From Fidelibacterota bacterium (GTDB lineage Bacteria; Fidelibacterota; Marinisomatia; Marinisomatales; Marinisomataceae), in contig JAYPYG010000001.1 of NCBI GenBank assembly GCA_038280095.1, positions 7,392-71,391 of the forward strand: DNA of 64,000 nt, in the 5' to 3' direction. The stretch's first letter is position 1; each line of letters opens with the position of its first letter. The position numbers and the translations under genes are program-made. The notes below the pieces were generated by a model that saw nothing but the letters and a program-made list of their open reading frames with translations, did not search any database and had not been told where the DNA came from. Below are positions 58,481-64,000 of this stretch, in pieces.

Positions 58481-58993
58481 ATGATAAACGAAATCAAAGG
58501 AAATTTACTAAACTTCCCCGCTGACATTAATGTCGCGGCTCATTCAGCTAATTGTCAAAACACAATGGGTTCTGGCATAGCTCTACAAGTAAGGCAACGC
58601 TTCCCAAAAGCTTGGGAGGCGGATTGCCGAGCCGCAGAAGTAGGGGGCAATAGATTGGGAAATATTTCACACGCTTTCATTTCCCCAAAAGGCACTCTCG
58701 CTAAAGGCGCGAAGGCTATTTTCAATCTTTACACTCAAGATGGGTTTGGCGCAAATGGTCGATTCGTCAACTACGAAGCCTTTTATGTTGCCCTTGAAAA
58801 AATGGTTGAGAAACTTAAGAGCTATGAAGATATGTCTAACGGAGAATGGATTCCCCACGTCGGCGTACCAAGGTACATTTCTGCGGATAGAGCGGGAGGC
58901 TCATGGAATGTCATCAAAGCAATGCTTATAGATGTGTTTGCAAAAAACGAACTAAGCTTGACAATTGTCGAGTTTGACCCCAATCAAGCTTAA
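58481..58993 (+). CDS. macro-domain protein (ADP-ribose binding/hydrolase fold)
   Basis: 170 aa. IKGNLLNFPADINVAAHSANCQNTMGSGIALQVRQRFP and YISADRAGGSWNVIKAML match the macro-domain N-x-x-x-x-G-x-G-I-A and I-G-x-G-x-A-G-G blocks. Confidence 0.75.
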   Translation: MINEIKGNLLNFPADINVAAHSANCQNTMGSGIALQVRQRFPKAWEADCRAAEVGGNRLGNISHAFISPKGTLAKGAKAIFNLYTQDGFGANGRFVNYEAFYVALEKMVEKLKSYEDMSNGEWIPHVGVPRYISADRAGGSWNVIKAMLIDVFAKNELSLTIVEFDPNQA

Positions 58994-59122
58994 TTCAACG
59001 AATAACTCAATACAACAATCCAGTAACAGCTCCACATTTGCACAGTAAAACAATGGACTTACAAGAATTATTACAAACCTCACCAGAGAATCTGGCTCAG
59101 AAACAAATGGAAGCACTTAAAA

Positions 59123-59545
59123 ATGTCAAAGAGTAAAATATTCGCATCATTCATAGTTTGTCCCATTGCAAACGGCAAAATCGCCGCAACAACTCGCCCA
59201 CTCGACAAGGGCAAAGGAATGAAGATTGGATTGCCAGGAGGCAAGTTAGAAGCTGGCGAAACTTCCGTGCAAGCCGCAATGCGTGAATCCTACGAAGAAG
59301 GTTGGCACATTAGCTTGGCAACCAAAGAGCCGTTCTTTCTTTATGATATAAAAGAGGGGATGACAATTGCTTGGCATCTCGGCCAATTCGCAAGCCAGCT
59401 TGACGTTTACAAAGAAAGCCACCGAATTTCTCCAGTAGAAGCGACACTTAAGCAAGTCATCCAATCTGGTTTTGGCAACGATAAAGCTATGGAGGCTTAC
59501 GCCAATTCCCTTACAAATGTAGCAGAATGGGTTAGGAACATCTAA
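59123..59545 (+). CDS. Nudix hydrolase
   Basis: 140 aa. Nudix box GGKLEAGETSVQAAMRESYEEGW (G-x5-E-x7-R-E-x-x-E-E-x-G). Confidence 0.8.
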   Translation: MSKSKIFASFIVCPIANGKIAATTRPLDKGKGMKIGLPGGKLEAGETSVQAAMRESYEEGWHISLATKEPFFLYDIKEGMTIAWHLGQFASQLDVYKESHRISPVEATLKQVIQSGFGNDKAMEAYANSLTNVAEWVRNI

Positions 59546-59862
59546 TGTGCGGAGCAGTTGTAACCATCGTTTTTGTTATAGTTCTTTTGGCTTGGGCCAC
59601 ATACTCTTCAAATCTGGAGGATAATAAGCCAAGTGGCAAAGTAGCAATCATAATCCAAGGCGACCAAGCAGTCTACGCTCAATATGAAGATTCGCTGGGC
59701 GAATGGCATTATTTTACTTGGGAGGGAAGTGTTCCACAAAAATATAAATTTGAGACTTTACAACAAGCCGAAAATTTCCTAAAATACCAAAACATAGTAA
59801 AAATCATCACATCAAAAAAGGTCATCAATTATGAAGACATTAAGCACGAAAACAAAATTTGA
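59545..59862 (+). CDS. N-terminally anchored hypothetical protein (105 aa)
   Basis: TAATG overlap. TM helix GAVVTIVFVIVLLAWATY. Confidence 0.4.
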   Translation: MCGAVVTIVFVIVLLAWATYSSNLEDNKPSGKVAIIIQGDQAVYAQYEDSLGEWHYFTWEGSVPQKYKFETLQQAENFLKYQNIVKIITSKKVINYEDIKHENKI

Positions 59863-61228
59863 AAATTATCAAGCCAAAGTCGTCAAACTAAGCGACTTTA
59901 TTCCACACCCGAACGCAGACCGACTGCATATTGCGGTTGTTGACTTTCAAAACGTCATCACAAGCAAAGAACAAAAAGCTGGAGACTTATGCGTATTCTT
60001 TCCCGTTGAATGCGCAATCAACAAAGACTTCCTAAAGTTTTCTAACTTGTTTGACAAGCCTGAGCTAAATGCAGACCCAACAAAGAAGGGTTACATCAAC
60101 AAGCATGGTCGCATTCGTTGCACTAACTTTCGCGGCACTGCGTCAGAAGGCTACTTACATCCACTTTCAAAAGTGAATGATTGGCTGGCAAATATCGGAG
60201 AATCTGAAATCTCAGAAAAGGACATTGGAACAACCTTTGACACAATCGGCAAAACCCCTTTTGTCACAAAGTACATTCCAGCCTACAATAAGCAAGCAAA
60301 GGAAGCTGGCCAAGGCAAATCCAAAAATGGTGAAAAAGAAAATAAACGCTTAGTTGAAGGTCAATTCCATTTTCACGGAGACACAAGCCATTTGAAGAAA
60401 AACCTCCATACAATCAATCCAGAAGATTTGATTTCCGTTCAATACAAATACCACGGCTCAGCATTTTCATGCGGCAACCTTCTCACTAAGAAAAAACTTA
60501 GCCTGATAAGCAAAGCGGCATACTGGCTTGCAAAAGCTTTTGGGGTGGAAGTGAACGACAAAGAGTACAACTACCTCTGGTCTTCAAGAAGGGTTATTAA
60601 AAACCCAAATCACAACTCCTTTATCAACAAGGATGACGCTTGGACGAAAACAGCTCTTAGTCTTACAGGCAAGATTGAAAGAGGTATCACAATTTATGGC
60701 GAAATAGTTGGATTCAAGCCCAATGGAGCGCCAATGCAAAAAATGGGCGGAAAAGCCTTCGACTACGGCTGCGAACAAGGCGAGAGTGAGCTATATGTTT
60801 ACCGCATTACCCACACAGACCAATTTGGTTCTGTTCGTGAGTTTTCTGTGCCGCAAATCGAACGCTACTGCGCCCAATACGACTTAAAACCATGCCACAC
60901 CTTTTTCTTTGGTAGGGCAGACACCCTCGTTCCATTCTCAGGCGTTGTTCATTCAGACGCAACTCGCGTTATCACGGAGGGCGATGTAGAGGATGCGAAA
61001 AACAAATGGAGGAAAGAGCTTCTCGACTTCATGGTAACTCACTACAACGAGAAGGATTGTTTTATTTGCGAAAATAAGCTTCCAGAAGAAGGCGTTGTAG
61101 TTCGCAAAGACGACAAAACATTCTCAGCATACAAACTCAAAAGCATTCGCTTCCTAGAACATGAAACTATCGAACTCGATAGCGAAACCGCCGAAGTCCC
61201 AGATGACGATAAGGCGGAAGAAGAGTGA
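59831..61228 (+). CDS. RNA ligase, DRB0094/Rnl5-like
   Basis: 465 aa. The N-terminal OB-like module AKVVKLSDFIPHPNADRLHIAVVDFQNVITSKEQKAGDLCVFFP is typical of the DRB0094 family. Motif I is YKYHGSAF (K-x-x-G-S), motif IV YGEIVGF, motif V AYKLKS. Confidence 0.65.
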   Translation: MKTLSTKTKFENYQAKVVKLSDFIPHPNADRLHIAVVDFQNVITSKEQKAGDLCVFFPVECAINKDFLKFSNLFDKPELNADPTKKGYINKHGRIRCTNFRGTASEGYLHPLSKVNDWLANIGESEISEKDIGTTFDTIGKTPFVTKYIPAYNKQAKEAGQGKSKNGEKENKRLVEGQFHFHGDTSHLKKNLHTINPEDLISVQYKYHGSAFSCGNLLTKKKLSLISKAAYWLAKAFGVEVNDKEYNYLWSSRRVIKNPNHNSFINKDDAWTKTALSLTGKIERGITIYGEIVGFKPNGAPMQKMGGKAFDYGCEQGESELYVYRITHTDQFGSVREFSVPQIERYCAQYDLKPCHTFFFGRADTLVPFSGVVHSDATRVITEGDVEDAKNKWRKELLDFMVTHYNEKDCFICENKLPEEGVVVRKDDKTFSAYKLKSIRFLEHETIELDSETAEVPDDDKAEEE

Positions 61229-61414
61229 TTACTTGAACATCGTCTTCACCCTGCGGGGTGAAGATGATGTGAGTAGTACCCTTTCCCTTATGTTAAGAGA
61301 GGAAGAGGCTTTTAACATGCAAAGGTTTACTCAAGCATTTGGCCATGTTGGAGAGGACGCTCTTGGGAAACTCGCAAAAACACAAAAGGAACAACGAAAG
61401 AAACAATCTCAAAT

Positions 61415-61681
61415 ATGCAAGTCTCAGTCTTAGAGAAAAAAGAAGCAACGCTTCCCGAATACGAGCAAAAAAGAGTGGTTAGAGAGTATTTGTCCAAACT
61501 GCTTTATAAAAATCTTAATGATGATGATTTTTTTTCACCCAATGGTGAGATTCTCGAAGTTAGAAACCAGCCCATTTTTAATTTAAACTCAACTTATACA
61601 AGATTGGCCACAAAAGAAGAGAGCGAGCTTTACTCTGCGGTAAACATTATTCACGCCGAAATGGAAAAGTCCGAAAAGTGA
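61415..61681 (+). CDS. hypothetical protein (88 aa)
   Basis: ORF in the + strand array. Confidence 0.4.
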   Translation: MQVSVLEKKEATLPEYEQKRVVREYLSKLLYKNLNDDDFFSPNGEILEVRNQPIFNLNSTYTRLATKEESELYSAVNIIHAEMEKSEK

Positions 61682-61700
61682 ACGCGGTTGAGCCAAATAT

Positions 61701-62642
61701 ATGAAATACGTTGCAATAATATTAATGCTCTTCGCGGCGGTGTGCCACGGACACCACCATTTCACCTCCCAAGAGTTCTCAGACCCCGTTGTAGTCCATA
61801 AATTTGAGATAAAAAATGGTGCAAATTTTCTCTCTTGGGGAATGTATGAAGACCCACTTCACATGGGAGATGTAGACGCAGTTGACGGCGTTTTCATCAA
61901 GCCAACATTGGGCATTTATGACGAGCTTGAACCAGACATTTTTGCTCAACAACCGTGCCTCTTAATATCCAGAGAGGAAGACGAAATTGGCAAATATTAC
62001 AGCATCGTAGGCAATACCGCGGATTCAATCCAAATCTCCGACCCAAACCACACGTTTGAAGTGGGCGATTTTATTTCGGTGGTTTACGCGACCAGATTAA
62101 AGGACATATTTTTTGAAGTTCACGATAACATAGACCGATTCGACCAACTGATAACGTGGTCTGGAGTGGGCTGGAAATCCTACAGCTACATCAATGGTCA
62201 ATGGTACACAGCAGGAACGCGAGCAGACCAAGGCGACACGATAATTTATCCAAACCAAGGATTCGTTTACCTTCGCAACAAGCCTGACGGCTTTACATTC
62301 TGGCAAGCTGGCAACGCAAACCTATTTGCTAAATTAAAAATACCAAATAAAGGAAAAAAAATACTTTCAGCAAACCCATTCCCTGTTGATGCGTCCCTAA
62401 ATGAGCTGATTGGAAATTTTAATCTAAAAAAAATAAACTCAATCACACAGGCTGATAAAATCGCACTGTGGCAAAGTGGAGGGTTTTGGAAAATCTTCTA
62501 CCACAACGGAACTGAATGGGTGGACGAAGGAAATCAACCGAACGAACCGATAATCGAATCGGGAGGCTCATTTTTCATAATGAGGTCTAACGAAAACGGA
62601 GTGTCGCCAGAAGAAATTTTTATCTTAAATCCAAATTTGTGA
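61701..62642 (+). CDS. secreted protein with an internal duplication (313 aa)
   Basis: Signal peptide MKYVAIILMLFAAVCHG. Two related segments: DQLITWSGVGWKSYSYINGQWYTAG...IIYPNQGFVYLRNK and DKIALWQSGGFWKIFYHNGTEWVDEG...IIESGGSFFIMRSN. Confidence 0.5.
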   Translation: MKYVAIILMLFAAVCHGHHHFTSQEFSDPVVVHKFEIKNGANFLSWGMYEDPLHMGDVDAVDGVFIKPTLGIYDELEPDIFAQQPCLLISREEDEIGKYYSIVGNTADSIQISDPNHTFEVGDFISVVYATRLKDIFFEVHDNIDRFDQLITWSGVGWKSYSYINGQWYTAGTRADQGDTIIYPNQGFVYLRNKPDGFTFWQAGNANLFAKLKIPNKGKKILSANPFPVDASLNELIGNFNLKKINSITQADKIALWQSGGFWKIFYHNGTEWVDEGNQPNEPIIESGGSFFIMRSNENGVSPEEIFILNPNL

Positions 62643-62650
62643 TTGATTAA

Positions 62651-63574
62651 ATGCACGAAATGTGCAATAATGTGCGCTTTATGAAACAAAACAAACTTAC
62701 TCTACTTGCGCTCCAAGGCATTCCAGCTTGCGGAAAATCAACAATCGCTCTTAAACTCGTCGCAGAAGACAATTCATACGTGCGCGTTAATCAAGATGAT
62801 ATGCGTCTGTCTTATTTTAATAGACAGTTTGAGCCGAAGGACGAGCCTTTCATTTATAGAATGAATCTGGAATTAACTCGCCAAGCTCTCGCCGCTGGCA
62901 AGAATGTGGTCAACGATAACACCAACTTCAACCCAAAGACGCTCAAGGCTCTCGAAGCAATCGCTAACGAATTTGGTGCAGAGTTCAAGGTTCAACGAGT
63001 GAATATTTCAAAAGGTGAAGCTCTCAGGCGGGATGAAGTTCGCGAAATGCCTGTTGGCAAAAAGGTAATCAATTTCTTTTGGGAAAAATACATTACGCCT
63101 GAACTCAGGTACAAGACTCCTACATTCGACCCCAATAAAAAAGACGCGATTGTTGTTGACCTTGATGGGACTTTGGCTCATATTAGTGAAAAAGGTCGGA
63201 GCTTCTTTGAATATCACAAGGTTGACGAAGATATTCCAGATAAGGTTATTTGCAGTCTCGTCAGGCAACTCTCGCAAAATCATGCAATCATCATTGTTTC
63301 TGGTAGGGAGAATATGCCCTATAATGACGGAGAAGAAAGCACGGAATCCATTACAAAAGGATGGCTCAAAAGACACAACATTCCATGCGATAAGTTTTTT
63401 CTTCGTAGAAACGGCGACAAGCGCAAGGATTATGATGTCAAGCAAGAACTGTTCTTCGACCACATCGAACCCCTGTATAACGTAATCTTCTCACTTGACG
63501 ATAGGAATCAAAGTGTCAAATGCTGGCGCGACCTCGGAATCAAAACTCTTCAAGTTGAAGACGGGGATTTTTGA
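62651..63574 (+). CDS. polynucleotide 5'-kinase / 3'-phosphatase (T4 Pnkp-like)
   Basis: 307 aa (the start may be ATG 62681). Kinase P-loop LLALQGIPACGKSTIA. HAD phosphatase AIVVDLDGTLA, IIIVSGRE, FSLDDRNQSVKCWRDLGIKTLQVEDGDF, which closely parallels the T4 Pnkp C-terminus. Confidence 0.85.
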   Translation: MHEMCNNVRFMKQNKLTLLALQGIPACGKSTIALKLVAEDNSYVRVNQDDMRLSYFNRQFEPKDEPFIYRMNLELTRQALAAGKNVVNDNTNFNPKTLKALEAIANEFGAEFKVQRVNISKGEALRRDEVREMPVGKKVINFFWEKYITPELRYKTPTFDPNKKDAIVVDLDGTLAHISEKGRSFFEYHKVDEDIPDKVICSLVRQLSQNHAIIIVSGRENMPYNDGEESTESITKGWLKRHNIPCDKFFLRRNGDKRKDYDVKQELFFDHIEPLYNVIFSLDDRNQSVKCWRDLGIKTLQVEDGDF

Positions 63575-63665
63575 ATGGTCGCGATACCCAGAAGAAATAA
63601 AAAATGGAGCAGAACACAAGAGAATTCTTGACAAAACGCGGCGAATCTGCCACACTGATTAAATC

Positions 63666-64000
63666 ATGAATAAAGAAACCAATATTAAAAAAGAAATCAA
63701 TATCAATGGCTCGTATGTTGAGTATTTAGCTTGCGCCATTTTTTTAATTTCTTTCACAGTCTTCGGGGAAACCAATTTCGTTGCCACGCTCGCGGCGATA
63801 CTATATAGCTTTTGGACAGGTCTTATCACCTTTGTCCTCGCATTAACACTCGCTGTTTCTGGAAAACTTAAAAAACGGCTATCTGAAAAAGGCGTTCTAC
63901 CAAGAGGTCAATACATGAATTTCTGCCGCTTTATAGTTATACTGAACATGGTTCTACTATTCAATCTTGGGCATACAATTGCAGGTTGGCTTGTAGCCAC
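63666..64000 (+). CDS. multi-pass membrane protein, 3'-truncated by the window edge
   Basis: The ATG 63666 ORF stays open to the window end. Hydrophobic helices YLACAIFLISFTVF, FVATLAAILYSFWTGLITFVLALTLAV and FIVILNMVLLFNLGHTIAGWLVA. Confidence 0.45.
   Translation, partial: MNKETNIKKEININGSYVEYLACAIFLISFTVFGETNFVATLAAILYSFWTGLITFVLALTLAVSGKLKKRLSEKGVLPRGQYMNFCRFIVILNMVLLFNLGHTIAGWLVA

Noticed and set aside
61243-61264. 9-bp GC-rich hairpin TCTTCACCC-tgcg-GGGTGAAGA after the Rnl5-like gene as an intrinsic terminator
   Set aside because: No U-tract follows on either strand, so it is not a canonical terminator. A similar ACCCC-tac-GGGGT hairpin at 18869-18881 also lacks a T-run, and two instances are too few to define a repeat family.
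1-64000. CRISPR arrays, diversity-generating retroelement, integrase/att sites, alternative genetic code
   Set aside because: I saw no direct-repeat/spacer periodicity, no reverse transcriptase or template/variable repeat pair, and no tyrosine or serine recombinase motifs. All recognised genes translate without in-frame stops under the standard code.

Overview
This window looks like part of a large, gene-dense, AT-rich tailed-phage (possibly jumbo-phage) genome. I count about 100 tightly packed ORFs, roughly 90% on the + strand, and no cellular housekeeping context.

Recognisable modules:
- Leftward early arm (78-3498): SSB, a sigma-70-family factor, a T4 gp1-like dNMP kinase and a GT-B glycosyltransferase.
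- Glycan-modification island I (3693-12740): 13 genes including GT2, a GT11-like fucosyltransferase fold, three sulfotransferase-like genes, a nucleotidyltransferase-HAD fusion, a GDPD-like gene and a cupin.
- Replication and nucleotide module (13152-26966): RecA/UvsX-like protein, DnaB, primase, PD-(D/E)XK nuclease, NrdAB, and a three-gene split DnaE (PHP / DEDDh exonuclease / polymerase core).
- A ClpA/ClpC-type unfoldase (27015-29480).
- Glycan island II (30753-35882): a CstII/DUF115-like + GT8 fusion, a KpsS-like gene, a DXD protein, a fourth sulfotransferase-like gene and a methyltransferase.
- A phage-encoded tmRNA (36421-36819) with its own consensus promoter, followed by an HNH homing endonuclease.
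- RNA-repair and NAD/ADP-ribose genes: Rnl1-like and Rnl5-like ligases, T4-type Pnkp, a Prs-like + NAMPT-like pair (NARP1-like), a triple kinase/MazG fusion, a macro domain and a Nudix hydrolase.
- Also ThyA, PhoH, a degenerate dUTPase-fold protein, and one inverted two-gene structural-like module (41549-43527).

Genome-wide signal: Shine-Dalgarno motifs are almost absent. About 30 gene junctions are ATGA/TAATG stop-start overlaps. At least nine TTGACA-N17-TAnnnT promoters sit 6-8 nt from a start codon, which implies leaderless first cistrons.

The most unusual content is the pair of sulfotransferase-rich glycan islands, followed by the tmRNA/Clp pairing and the counter-defence gene set.

I saw no CRISPR array, reverse transcriptase/DGR, integrase, tRNA or rRNA. 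All functional calls come from motifs read by eye in the supplied translations; no database search was run, and the host is unknown.
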